Shown here piece after piece: positions 26,182 through 35,579 of a DNA stretch of 64,000 nt. The translations under genes and the position numbers were made by a program. Numbering within the stretch: position 1 is the stretch's first letter; each line of letters begins with the position of its first letter. The notes under the pieces were generated by a model. The model saw nothing but the letters and a program-made list of their open reading frames with translations, did no database searches and was not told the DNA's origin. Source of the stretch: a virus; IMG/VR virus record IMGVR_UViG_3300020182_001907; one strand, 5' to 3'.

Positions 26182-27080
26182 AATATACGCTCCTTTATGT
26201 ACTGTTCAAGCTCAGGAACCATTACAGAATCGGTTATAATCTCAGGTATTTTATAGTTGTTAATAATTTTTTCAGTATCTAGAGTAATTCCGTTGTATGT
26301 ATTTTTTTCTAGTTCAGCGATATCTATATCATATAGTGTAGCTAAAGCTGAATCAGTATTACCAACATTTAAAGGAATAGTGCGATCGTAAATATAACAA
26401 CTGTCATTAACTAACAATAACAAATTAAGATTTCCAATGATTGCTTGTTCCAACAGTTTAAAATTAACATTAAACTCTTCATGACATATAATGCTAGGAT
26501 ACTGTATGGTTTTTGCAGATTGTTTATTGCAACATAATAATCTAAAACAAGTATAATCTTTTTGCCCTAAAGTTTTTTTCACTCTAGAATAAAACTTAAA
26601 AGCAGTTTTCATTTTTTTACGCACTTTATCGTTGTTGGCTAGCGCCATAAACTTAGGAGATAATACCTGCCAATTAATACAGTGAAACTGTTTAGTGCTG
26701 TGGAAAATTTGTAAATTAGGAAGTACTATTGTTTCAGAAGTAAAAAGCACATCTGCATTTGAATTTTGTAATGTGTTGTGTACTATGGATATACCATCAG
26801 GTCCTAAAAAGTCGTCACCGTCTAACATTGTTATCCAGTCGTATTCAGTATTGAGGAAGTAGTCAATTACACTTTGCTTGCCCTTTGCCACTGTGCCATT
26901 TGATTGAGTACGCACAATATTGAAATTTTGGCAATAGGAATCTTCGCACAATTTTTTGTAATACTCTTCGTCAAGAGTATTACAAATTATTACCACGTCT
27001 TCCAGTTGTCCGATACTAACTAGAGCACGTTTGAGTTTTTTTAAATTACATGATGTTAGTACAGTAGTTAATAATTTCAT
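26178..27080 (-). CDS. Glycosyltransferase family 2-like (GT-A)
   Basis: LKRALVSI, SNGTVAKGKQ, WITMLDGDD (DxD). Confidence 0.75.
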   Translation of the reverse strand: MKLLTTVLTSCNLKKLKRALVSIGQLEDVVIICNTLDEEYYKKLCEDSYCQNFNIVRTQSNGTVAKGKQSVIDYFLNTEYDWITMLDGDDFLGPDGISIVHNTLQNSNADVLFTSETIVLPNLQIFHSTKQFHCINWQVLSPKFMALANNDKVRKKMKTAFKFYSRVKKTLGQKDYTCFRLLCCNKQSAKTIQYPSIICHEEFNVNFKLLEQAIIGNLNLLLLVNDSCYIYDRTIPLNVGNTDSALATLYDIDIAELEKNTYNGITLDTEKIINNYKIPEIITDSVMVPELEQYIKERIL

Positions 27081-27470
27081 CTATATCAGCATTTTAACTA
27101 AATTCATCATAACTGCTGTGCCGCTAATAGCACTACCTATCATGATTGCTTTATCGTTCCAGCAGTGTCCTACATATATCCAACAGATAGCACTACCTGC
27201 ATACAACACCTGTCCTTCAGTTATTAGTCCTGCACTCTGTAGAAAAACGCCCACGACGGCTAATATAGTTGCCGCCCACTTTACGTATTCATCAACTGTG
27301 CCTGTAGGTGTTACAGGAGAAAGATTTAATACTTGCTCTTGCAGTTCCTCCATCTCTTCAGATAGCCGTCTTTTTTCAGTTGCAAGTTCCATAGCAAGAC
27401 GCCCAGCCTTACTCATTGTACTTTCTTTGTACTGCTCCTTAATATCTGCTTGTTTTTCTGCTGTGCTCAC
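27081..27470 (-). CDS. Membrane protein with N-terminal coiled coil
   Basis: Heptad region followed by about three hydrophobic helices. Confidence 0.6.
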   Translation of the reverse strand: MSTAEKQADIKEQYKESTMSKAGRLAMELATEKRRLSEEMEELQEQVLNLSPVTPTGTVDEYVKWAATILAVVGVFLQSAGLITEGQVLYAGSAICWIYVGHCWNDKAIMIGSAISGTAVMMNLVKMLI

Positions 27471-27493
27471 AATAACTTCTCTATTTTATTTTT

Positions 27494-27570
<77 letters not shown>

Positions 27571-27576
27571 AGTAGT

Positions 27577-27653
27577 TGGTGTCCCTAGAGGGATTCGAAC
27601 CCCCGTTTCCACCCTGAGATGGTGGCGTTCTCGCCCATGTAAACTATAGGGAC
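27577..27653 (-). tRNA. tRNA-Glu(CUC), atypical anticodon loop
   Basis: GTCCCTA/TAGGGAC acceptor, CCACC-ATCTCAG-GGTGG anticodon arm, CCA. Confidence 0.8.
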
Positions 27654-27663
27654 ATTTCTGCAA

Positions 27664-28047
27664 CTACTGTGGTACGTTAGGTAGTTGCCTCCATACAGGA
27701 CCTTTTGTTCCAGCAGTAGAATAATTGTAACACCAGAAACTACCATCATTGCATTGAAACAAAATGTCAGTTGTTCCGTCAGGCATTTCGATTAATGTAT
27801 AATCCACAGCCATACGATTTGCATGCAAGTTTGATTCACGCTCATTGTGTTTCATTAATTGAAATTCTAGATTTTTCATCATTGAAAATAATTCTGTAAA
27901 ATCCTGTTGATTTGAGTCTTGTTTAACTACTGGATCTCCAATAGCTAGGTCTTTAACGGAAGAACTTGATCCTGTTGGTTGTTCGGATTGTTGTCCCAAC
28001 TCTACAAATTTTCCTAATTTTTTCTTTTCTTTATTAAATATATTCAT
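27664..28047 (-). CDS. Hypothetical protein within the tRNA cluster
   Basis: 127 aa ORF with AAGGA RBS. Confidence 0.6.
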   Translation of the reverse strand: MNIFNKEKKKLGKFVELGQQSEQPTGSSSSVKDLAIGDPVVKQDSNQQDFTELFSMMKNLEFQLMKHNERESNLHANRMAVDYTLIEMPDGTTDILFQCNDGSFWCYNYSTAGTKGPVWRQLPNVPQ

Positions 28048-28081
28048 TAAATTTCCTTAAAACAAATTTTTATAAGGGTTT

Positions 28082-28157
28082 TGGCTCCCTGTCGTGGGCT
28101 CGAACCACGGACCCAATGATTAACAGTCATTTGCTCTACCAACTGAGCTAACAGGGA
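28082..28157 (-). tRNA. tRNA-Asn(GUU)
   Basis: Loop CTGTTAA, full cloverleaf, CCA. Confidence 0.93.
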
Positions 28158-28164
28158 ATTATCA

Positions 28165-28240
28165 TGGTGCCGCCACCAAGAGTCGAACTCGGGACCTACT
28201 GATTACAAATCAGTTGCTCTACCAACTGAGCTATAGCGGC
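28165..28240 (-). tRNA. tRNA-Thr(UGU)
   Basis: Loop TTTGTAA, full cloverleaf, CCA. Confidence 0.93.
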
Positions 28241-28283
28241 ATATGTCTATTTAACCCTTTATGCTCCAGCAAACCAAAATTAA

Positions 28284-28320
28284 TGGTAACCGGAGGCGGA
28301 ATCGAACCGCCAAGGCCATT
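28284..28320 (-). pseudogene. 3' fragment duplicate of tRNA-Leu(UAA)
   Basis: 35/37 nt identical to 28524-28560; has T-arm and CCA but no 5' half. Confidence 0.8.
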
Positions 28321-28332
28321 TATTTCTCCGTA

Positions 28333-28409
28333 TGGTAGGACTGGGTGGAATCGAACCACCGTTCTCTGACTTATAAGATCAGTGCATGACACCACTCTGC
28401 TACAGTCCC
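28333..28409 (-). tRNA. tRNA-Ile(UAU)
   Basis: CTGAT-CTTATAA-GTCAG anticodon arm, GGGACTG/CAGTCCT acceptor, CCA. Confidence 0.85.
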
Positions 28410-28416
28410 TTTTATT

Positions 28417-28493
28417 TGGTGGGCCCTGATGGACTCGAACCATCGACCTGCCGATTATGAGTCGGATGCTCTAACCAACTGAGCTAAGGGCCC
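28417..28493 (-). tRNA. tRNA with CAU anticodon, Ile2 (lysidine)-type body
   Basis: GGGCCCTTAGCTCAGTTGGTTAGAGCA...GACTCATAATCG resembles bacterial tRNA-Ile2; lacks initiator features. Confidence 0.8.
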
Positions 28494-28523
28494 TAATAGG
28501 TTATCTCTATTTTAATTATAGTT

Positions 28524-28611
28524 TGGTACCCGGAGGCGGACTCGAACCGCCAAGGCCATTACAGCCGGGGGATTTTAAGTCCCCTATGGTTACCAATTTC
28601 ATCATCCGGGC
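28524..28611 (-). tRNA. tRNA-Leu(UAA)
   Basis: Loop CTTAAAA, long variable arm, CCA. Confidence 0.9.
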
Positions 28612-29051
28612 AATTTACTCTTCTTCATTGTAACACTAAGACGTACAGAAGTCAACTCTGAAATACTATGCGGCTGTAAAATATTAATCCTATGCCAAGT
28701 TTTTTCAGGTAGCACAACTGAACACACACTTGGGTTAGGTGAGTTCACAGCGTCCCACCACATTGTTGTTACTTCTTTCCCACCTAAGGTTAAAAGGTAA
28801 TTATATTTAAATTCGTTGTCACCAAAATCAATATGTGGTGTCAAAGCTACTTTAATTACTTGGTATCTGACATCTACGTTAAAATCAAAAAACTGTTGTC
28901 CCCATTGTTGCAATTCGTCACTTACAAAATATGTTGCATAGGCATGAGGGATCTTTAACGGATGTAGATTTTGTCTTTGCTCTATATCTTCCAATGGGTC
29001 AATCATGCTTTCAGGTATACTAGGTATATCTGAAAAAGAATAGTATTCCAT
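28602..29051 (-). CDS. Putative Fe(II) jelly-roll (cupin/2OG-like) protein
   Basis: PHID...QPHSI...RLS pattern; likely start MEYYSF at 29051; stop lies within the tRNA-Leu 5' end. Confidence 0.5.
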   Translation of the reverse strand: MEYYSFSDIPSIPESMIDPLEDIEQRQNLHPLKIPHAYATYFVSDELQQWGQQFFDFNVDVRYQVIKVALTPHIDFGDNEFKYNYLLTLGGKEVTTMWWDAVNSPNPSVCSVVLPEKTWHRINILQPHSISELTSVRLSVTMKKSKLPG

Positions 29052-29052
29052 T

Positions 29053-29589
29053 CTATGCCTCCCAACTAATAGTTGGTCTACAGTCACCACTACCATTCCA
29101 ATTTATTGTACAACCACATTCTTCAATAATGGGAATGATTTCCTTGAGATTTTTTACGCCTTGTTTATCTCCATCAAAACAAAAAGATGATTCCTTTGCA
29201 ACTTCTGGAGGCATACAAGCAAAACCATCTACCCTCACATCAGGTTCATAGTCAACTTCAAAGTTGCCACGCAGATAACCTTCACCAGCACAGTAGTCGC
29301 ATTCTAGATACTGCTCTTCATTTTTTGGGTCATCTTCGTAACGATCATTATCAATCATACCTTCACCCTCACACGAAGAACACTCCTCTTCATCCTCATC
29401 ATAGATCTCACAATCCTGACTGTGATTGAATAGCACTTTGCTGAGGTCTAGTTCCTCACCTTTGAATGGCCCTTCTTCATGCTTCCAGGGTAAAGATCCC
29501 CAAGCACAACTTTGACAGCAAGGCATGTTCCACTCGACAAACCAGCCCTCTTCTCTCAACCGCTCTTGTAATTTTCTAAATCCGTTCAT
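29053..29589 (-). CDS. Hypothetical protein with CxxCxGxG zinc-finger insert
   Basis: CCQSC, CSSCEGEG, CDYCAGEG. Confidence 0.6.
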   Translation of the reverse strand: MNGFRKLQERLREEGWFVEWNMPCCQSCAWGSLPWKHEEGPFKGEELDLSKVLFNHSQDCEIYDEDEEECSSCEGEGMIDNDRYEDDPKNEEQYLECDYCAGEGYLRGNFEVDYEPDVRVDGFACMPPEVAKESSFCFDGDKQGVKNLKEIIPIIEECGCTINWNGSGDCRPTISWEA

Positions 29590-29601
29590 TATAAATGTCC
29601 A

Positions 29602-30174
29602 TTATTTGTCCCATACTGCGTATTCCCTGTATTTTGATAAACTACGCTCTATGAGTTCTTGATGTTTTACAGCATCAATTTCAAAATGCATGAATAATGT
29701 TTGACGATCTTCTTCAAACTCTACACCATGCATACCGTTTGTGTGTCGTAAAACATACGTATCGGTATCTTCTGCAATCTGTGGATAAAATTTCTCACCA
29801 TTGCTTTTAATCACATATAATTTATTTTGCTTAGATCCTTTTATTAAAACTCTAAATCCACAAGGTTCATTTTCTGTGTTGTTTTGGTGTAACTCTGGAT
29901 TACCATCAGGATTAGTAAAATCCATATGAGGCATCACAGCTGATTGCTGTATGTTAAACTTTACATTGCGTATTGTTTTATACGGTAATAAATACATCCA
30001 TTCTAATATTTCAGAAGAAACACCAATCTTAAACAATGTTTTGTCGTATGGGCTAGGCCTATCTTCTGTTAGCTTTTTGAAATTCCAAAACAACCACTGA
30101 ACCTCTGTGTCTGTTGAAAGTGATTCAACAGGAAATTTAGGAAGATCTACAGGTAAAAACAACAAATCGGTCAT
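29602..30174 (-). CDS. Putative Fe(II) jelly-roll protein
   Basis: PHMD...MHGV...RQT pattern. Confidence 0.5.
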   Translation of the reverse strand: MTDLLFLPVDLPKFPVESLSTDTEVQWLFWNFKKLTEDRPSPYDKTLFKIGVSSEILEWMYLLPYKTIRNVKFNIQQSAVMPHMDFTNPDGNPELHQNNTENEPCGFRVLIKGSKQNKLYVIKSNGEKFYPQIAEDTDTYVLRHTNGMHGVEFEEDRQTLFMHFEIDAVKHQELIERSLSKYREYAVWDK

Positions 30175-30875
30175 TGTACAGTTAAGTCCTTCTTTTTTTG
30201 CATTGACTTCTTAGTTTTAAAGAGATGTTTAGCAACACCACGTGCCGCTGTTTTAAATGTCTTATCTTGTAGTTCCGCAGAACTGTACAAACTGTTAATA
30301 ATTATATCAGGCTGACTCCATCCATCTTGTTGTAGCCATGCTCTCTCGGCATGCTCAATCATCATTGTCGCAGCTTCGGTTACATCAATTAATGCATCTC
30401 TACCTACATCACTAACACCCACTAATCCTGTTTCAACAAAACCCCAACTAAAATTAATTAGTCTGCACTTATTATTATACGGATATTCAAAACTTCTATT
30501 GATACAGTATTCAGACAGCTCTTTCTTATCGGTAGCATATACATTTCCCGAATGCAACATATCGGTCATGTGGCCCGTGATCGAACCTGTATTAACAATT
30601 ACTTTGTGTTCGTCTTTCCATTTGTTGTGTAACTTTTTACACAACATATTCTGCACACTCGGATGCCAAGCATTGTTAAAAAATACATCAGGATTAAAAT
30701 CAGCAATTTCTTCTAGTAGCATCTTGCCGCCAGCTTCAGCTAAGTTCCAACCGTTGCTTCTACTATAGGATTTTATATCTAATGTACTAGCATTTGCAAT
30801 GCTACCAGTTAGCTCTAAAATATCTAGTATTGCTTGACCTATACCACTTGTATGTCCTGTGATTGCTATTTTCAT
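30171..30875 (-). CDS. Short-chain dehydrogenase/reductase
   Basis: AITGHTSGIG, FFNNA, VNTGS, YATDK. Confidence 0.85.
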   Translation of the reverse strand: MKIAITGHTSGIGQAILDILELTGSIANASTLDIKSYSRSNGWNLAEAGGKMLLEEIADFNPDVFFNNAWHPSVQNMLCKKLHNKWKDEHKVIVNTGSITGHMTDMLHSGNVYATDKKELSEYCINRSFEYPYNNKCRLINFSWGFVETGLVGVSDVGRDALIDVTEAATMMIEHAERAWLQQDGWSQPDIIINSLYSSAELQDKTFKTAARGVAKHLFKTKKSMQKKKDLTVQ

Positions 30876-30879
30876 TTAA

Positions 30880-31524
30880 CTAAACTACCTTAACACGATT
30901 TACCATGGTTTCTTTACCGTCGCTAAATTTACTTATACTTTGGCTTTTAACAAATGCAGTAATACAGATAGGATCGCCTACGTTACCTAAACCATCACCA
31001 AAAAACTTAACAATGTTTTTGCCACTTTCACTACAACAATACAAACTTGAACCAGTATTTTTAATGTAACGAACATTTTCAATTACTAGATCAAAGTTAC
31101 AACGGCTGTTAAGTTTTCCAACAAATTCTGATGTATCTGCTAGTTCCTGCTCACGTGTTAACCAAACATCTTGTTCCTGTTTGTTAAGAAACACTTTGGG
31201 TAGACTTGCTGCGATTCCCAAACTTTTGTTATCTATTTCTTTGCTAGTAACTAACCTTAGGGTATTGGCTTCAAAGTCCGTAAGCTCTCTATCAAATGCT
31301 TTAAAAGTTAGCCCTGTAAGATAGTCAATGACCTGATCAGCCTGTTCTATGTCGCACTCCAATACTTCTATCTTATCATCGCCGTAAAAGTGTTGATATA
31401 ACATACTGCTGTTTGATACTTTGGGTTGATCGTCTTGCGCAAAATAAGTGTCAGCTTTTTTAACAAAGCCGTTCTTTCTATGGGCAGCACATGCAACAGA
31501 TATAACTTCATTTACTGGAAACAT
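30880..31524 (-). CDS. Hypothetical phage protein (possible C-terminal OB fold)
   Basis: 214 aa ORF with RBS. Confidence 0.6.
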   Translation of the reverse strand: MFPVNEVISVACAAHRKNGFVKKADTYFAQDDQPKVSNSSMLYQHFYGDDKIEVLECDIEQADQVIDYLTGLTFKAFDRELTDFEANTLRLVTSKEIDNKSLGIAASLPKVFLNKQEQDVWLTREQELADTSEFVGKLNSRCNFDLVIENVRYIKNTGSSLYCCSESGKNIVKFFGDGLGNVGDPICITAFVKSQSISKFSDGKETMVNRVKVV

Positions 31525-31534
31525 TTAGTTTTCC

Positions 31535-31831
31535 TTAAGCTTTTTTGCTGTTGGGTTTAGTATATCCGTCTTTGGGTTTTGCAGTTCTAGCCATCTCGCT
31601 AGGTCCACGTAATATTCTATCTATGCGACCTTTTTCTACCATTGGGTGGTTTTTAATTACTTCTTGTACTGCTTCTAGTTCTTTTCTACGTTCTGGTTTA
31701 CAAAATCTAGATTGCTCGTTGACAACAATTTCAAATAGCTTATATAAATCTGCTATCGACAAACCAGTAACTAACCGGCTAGCTTCTCGCATATAATTTC
31801 GTTGATCTCGATCTTCAATTTTACCACGCAT
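31535..31831 (-). CDS. Hypothetical protein
   Basis: 98 aa, GGAG RBS, downstream of a sigma70-like promoter. Confidence 0.6.
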   Translation of the reverse strand: MRGKIEDRDQRNYMREASRLVTGLSIADLYKLFEIVVNEQSRFCKPERRKELEAVQEVIKNHPMVEKGRIDRILRGPSEMARTAKPKDGYTKPNSKKA

Positions 31832-31904
31832 TTCTCTACTCCATCAATTAAAAAAACGTGCCGCCCATAGCAATAATTAGCAATTTTCGTACGGCACAAA
31901 ACTT

Positions 31905-31932
31905 ATTATAACAGATTTGGCTAAGATGTCAA
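31905..31932 (-). promoter_or_regulatory. Sigma70-like promoter
   Basis: TTGACA-N16-TATAAT with extended -10 TG. Confidence 0.7.
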
Positions 31933-31949
31933 GTATTAATCATCATTAC

Positions 31950-32216
31950 TTAAACTCCAAATACCTTAAGGTAGTTACCTCCGTAGTATACTACAGAAAC
32001 AATAATAGCTGTAAATATAAAGAAAGAAGGATGCCATCTTTTGACGCCGTCATCATCTTCCCAAAATCCCAGAAAAACAAAGGCAGCTCCACCAAGGTAA
32101 TACAAACTTAAAAGGAACGTGGCTGTTGCAAAAAGCAAAATTGGACTGGTAAAAAACCAAATCACAAATTTGAAAAATGTTACTATTGCTCCGCCTGCAA
32201 GATAAACTATTTCCAC
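31950..32216 (-). CDS. Membrane protein
   Basis: Highly hydrophobic 88 aa ORF. Confidence 0.55.
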   Translation of the reverse strand: MEIVYLAGGAIVTFFKFVIWFFTSPILLFATATFLLSLYYLGGAAFVFLGFWEDDDGVKRWHPSFFIFTAIIVSVVYYGGNYLKVFGV

Positions 32217-32250
32217 GATATTTTCTACTCTTTATTTAACATACTCGTTT

Positions 32251-32314
32251 ATTATAGCAGGAATACAGTATTTGTCAAGCTGTAAGTTGTTGATTTTAAA
32301 GGGAGTTTTACGCT
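32251..32314 (-). promoter_or_regulatory. Sigma70-like promoter with conserved upstream module
   Basis: TTGACA-N16-TATAAT preceded by AAAATCAACAACTTACAGC, repeated at 56899-56940. Confidence 0.7.
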
Positions 32315-32491
32315 ACCATTTGCCTTGAGGGCATTTAGATTGTGGTATTTTGGTTTTTGCAGGCATCCAGCAATGGCATAATCTACACTGTTGGGTTTTT
32401 TTATAGAATTGAGTACACGAATTACAAGTTTCGAGACGCCTGTGCGACGTCTCAATTAATTGTAAAGCAGCAGCTTTAGCTTCTGAGAACA

Positions 32492-33103
32492 TTAAGCTTT
32501 AGTGAACATCCAGAAATTACCAAGAGTCCAGTGATATAATGTTGTGCCTTGATTAGCTACTGCACTATCCACTGCTGCCTTAACCCCTGTAGCTCTCCCT
32601 GAAGCAGCCTCGTTATCATTATATTGATGTCCCGCGATAAATTTACCTGAAGCTACTTTTGGTATCCAAGCAGCAAATAAGCTGTCCCATACTGCCTCAC
32701 TTCTGCTTCGATGATCTATATAAATAAAATCAAAATATCCGTCGGCGTAATTACTTGCCGAAGAAACCATATCGCCTTCTATAATACTTAAAGTTGGAGC
32801 AGTGGGCTCAGAAAGGGCAATACCATTCACCGTAGCTATCACTAATTCTTTTGTTAAGGTAACTAAATTTTGATCAGTTAGTGACATATTTTTAATTCTA
32901 CCATCAGCATCAAATACCCAGTCATCAATACCAACACCAGTGACTGGAGAAACAGCGTTGGCCTTGTAACTATAATAAAATAACTCTTGACCATTGCCTA
33001 CCCCTATATTGCATATGTTTGTAATGCTGCCAAGCGCCATAGCTTTTTCCATTGGTGCATAAAAAGGTGGCCATGAAATGTCTGTAATTGTTGTTGTTGC
33101 CAT
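32492..33103 (-). CDS. SAM-dependent methyltransferase-like protein
   Basis: NIGVGNG, GIDDW, FDFIYID, WIPKVASGKFIAGHQY, GVKAAVD; motifs partly degenerate. Confidence 0.65.
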   Translation of the reverse strand: MATTTITDISWPPFYAPMEKAMALGSITNICNIGVGNGQELFYYSYKANAVSPVTGVGIDDWVFDADGRIKNMSLTDQNLVTLTKELVIATVNGIALSEPTAPTLSIIEGDMVSSASNYADGYFDFIYIDHRSRSEAVWDSLFAAWIPKVASGKFIAGHQYNDNEAASGRATGVKAAVDSAVANQGTTLYHWTLGNFWMFTKA

Positions 33104-33123
33104 GTGTAACTCCTGTTATGTTA

Positions 33124-35547
33124 TTATATTATCCAATTATAGTATACTGACGCTGTTACTTGCCCAGCTGTTGGTACTGCTTCTGTAGTGCCGTTACTTT
33201 CGTAAAAGTATAACACTATGTTCTGTCCTTTAGTTAATGTAGTTAATTGATCTTGTTCTATCAAGTAAACACCAGTTTGCGCTATATCAGTATCATTTGC
33301 TGCAACTAATGTATTTCCTGTACCGTTGTTATCTTTAATTATCAATTGATTAACGCTTCCGCCACTAAAACCGGTTTCTACAGTAACAACTACTTTTGTT
33401 GCATAGTATGTTCTAGCTGTAACACTTGGTGCCAAGCCCAAACTAATATTACTTTCTACGCTGTCTGCTGTGAATACGTTACGTAGCAATAATCCGTCAC
33501 CAGCATTGTTGCCAATATAGTCAATAATTGCTGCTGTTGTTGGTACACTAGTATCGTTATCATTGCCTGTAATTCCGTCTGCTTCTGTAATAAACTGATT
33601 AATGCTGTCTGTACCATCTGATAATGTAGCAAATTGTGTTGTACCAGTAACAGTAACGTTTCCTGTAGATATACTATCATCTAACGAAATAATAACTACG
33701 TTACCGCCTGTGCCATCACTAATGCTTGTAGTGATGTTATCACCACCCAATAAACGAAGCTCTTCGTTGAATACATTAACCAAACCGTCTGAATCTGTAT
33801 CAGTAACTAAAGAAATATTAGCGCCATCTCTCGTAGCACCAATTTGACTATCTACATATGCTTTAATACTTTGTTGTGTTGCAAGTACTGTATCACTATC
33901 GCTTGACATAGTATCTTCATCTAGAATATCTGTTACACTTACTGCGCCAGTGCCGCTTAGATTATCAAATTCTACACCACCAAAATCACCTGTACCAACT
34001 ACTGCTAAGTTCTCATCAGTATAAACATTACCGCTTAGTTCCCAGCGTGAACTACCTGGCACATAAAGTACACTTTCTATAACACCAGCAATGTTTGCTT
34101 CTAAACCTGCACTTACTGCGGCACCATCTGAATTAACACGGATGACAGCATCTGCAATATCTACTTCAGTACTATTAACTACAGTAGTTGTGCCGTTAAC
34201 CGTTAAATTACCTGTAACGGTGGCGTCACCATCTATGCTAATTGCTGTTGATGTTATATCGTTAGATAACAAAGTACCAATAACAGTAAGATTGTTGTTA
34301 ATTGAAACATCATTAGGCAAACCAATCTGTAGTGTTTGGTTTGTCATGTTAGTTTCGATTTCGTTATTAGTGCCAATTATGCTTAATTCTTCATTAGCAT
34401 ACCAATTAACAGTACCCTGTCCAGTACCACCGTTTATGATTATTTCGTCTACTTTGAGAATTTCAGTATCAACGTATGTTTTAACACTCTGCTGAGTTGG
34501 GATAGCGTTAGCAAGATCGCTAACCATAGTATCTTCGTCTTTGATACTGGTAATGCTTAGTACACCGTCTGTTAATGTACCAAAGCTTAGAATGGCAGTA
34601 TTAAGAGTGCCTGTTGCTGAGGTAAAACTAATGTTTGCAGAGTCTTCAGTTAGTAAACCACCTGTGCCTACAATAGGGACACTATCTGCTGTTAAACTAG
34701 TTGTAAAATCAGTTGTTACTGTAAGACTTCCTGGTGCTACTACATCAGCAGGAAGACTTGCCGTAAATGTTTGAACACCGTCAAAATCTACAGATATTTG
34801 GTTTGTGGTTCCATTAAAAGTAAAGACCTCAGAACTAAAGATAACAGTACCATTGCCAGTATCACCAGCAACTGTCATTGCCAAGCCACCGGATGTTAAT
34901 TCAGTATCAATGTATGTTTTAATACTTTCTGAAGTTGCTAAAGTAGTAGCACTTGCATTAGCCATTGTGTCATCGTCTAAAATGTCAGTGATAGTAACTG
35001 CACCAGTACCACTTAAACTATTAAATTCAACAACATTTAAATTTGCATTTCCTAAATAAGTACCAGTTGTTAATGTAATATTATCCCCGGCAACCTCTAA
35101 ATTACCAAATACCTTGGGGTCTTCTGTTAATGCAATACGAACAGTGTTTGTGCCTTCCCAACTAGTAATAATGTTATTTGCATTACCAGTGAGTTCAAAT
35201 GTTTCTGATGCAAAAATAATAGATCCACTACTTGGACTACCAGAGTCTGTGGTAACAGAAAGTCCACCATTATTAGTAACTTGATCGATATATGCTTTTG
35301 TACTTTCTGATGTTGCTAATCCAGTAGCACTTACATTACCAAAATCATCCTGGTCTAAAATTTCTACAATTGATGTTGATGTACCTAACGTAATCCCTGA
35401 TACTACAATTTCTTCTAGTGTGTTGCCATCGTTTGCAAAAAAACTAAACAATCCAGAGCCAGCATTGTATACTAATCTGCCTCCGTTTTTGCCTAGTTGT
35501 AGATCCGAGCCTACACCCGACAATCCAAATTGTTTAATTATTGCCAT
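33124..35547 (-). CDS. Virion structural protein (tail/fibre-associated) with internal repeats
   Basis: Repeated ILDxDxM...LATxxSIKxYxD units, GNLTVNGTTT motif, Thr/Gly-rich. Confidence 0.7.
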   Translation of the reverse strand: MAIIKQFGLSGVGSDLQLGKNGGRLVYNAGSGLFSFFANDGNTLEEIVVSGITLGTSTSIVEILDQDDFGNVSATGLATSESTKAYIDQVTNNGGLSVTTDSGSPSSGSIIFASETFELTGNANNIITSWEGTNTVRIALTEDPKVFGNLEVAGDNITLTTGTYLGNANLNVVEFNSLSGTGAVTITDILDDDTMANASATTLATSESIKTYIDTELTSGGLAMTVAGDTGNGTVIFSSEVFTFNGTTNQISVDFDGVQTFTASLPADVVAPGSLTVTTDFTTSLTADSVPIVGTGGLLTEDSANISFTSATGTLNTAILSFGTLTDGVLSITSIKDEDTMVSDLANAIPTQQSVKTYVDTEILKVDEIIINGGTGQGTVNWYANEELSIIGTNNEIETNMTNQTLQIGLPNDVSINNNLTVIGTLLSNDITSTAISIDGDATVTGNLTVNGTTTVVNSTEVDIADAVIRVNSDGAAVSAGLEANIAGVIESVLYVPGSSRWELSGNVYTDENLAVVGTGDFGGVEFDNLSGTGAVSVTDILDEDTMSSDSDTVLATQQSIKAYVDSQIGATRDGANISLVTDTDSDGLVNVFNEELRLLGGDNITTSISDGTGGNVVIISLDDSISTGNVTVTGTTQFATLSDGTDSINQFITEADGITGNDNDTSVPTTAAIIDYIGNNAGDGLLLRNVFTADSVESNISLGLAPSVTARTYYATKVVVTVETGFSGGSVNQLIIKDNNGTGNTLVAANDTDIAQTGVYLIEQDQLTTLTKGQNIVLYFYESNGTTEAVPTAGQVTASVYYNWII

Positions 35548-35579
35548 TTAATACTCCTATGCTCCTATATGCTTATTTA

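Noticed and set aside
28231-28443. 70-aa ORF in the track
   Set aside because: Overlaps tRNA genes; a spurious frame.
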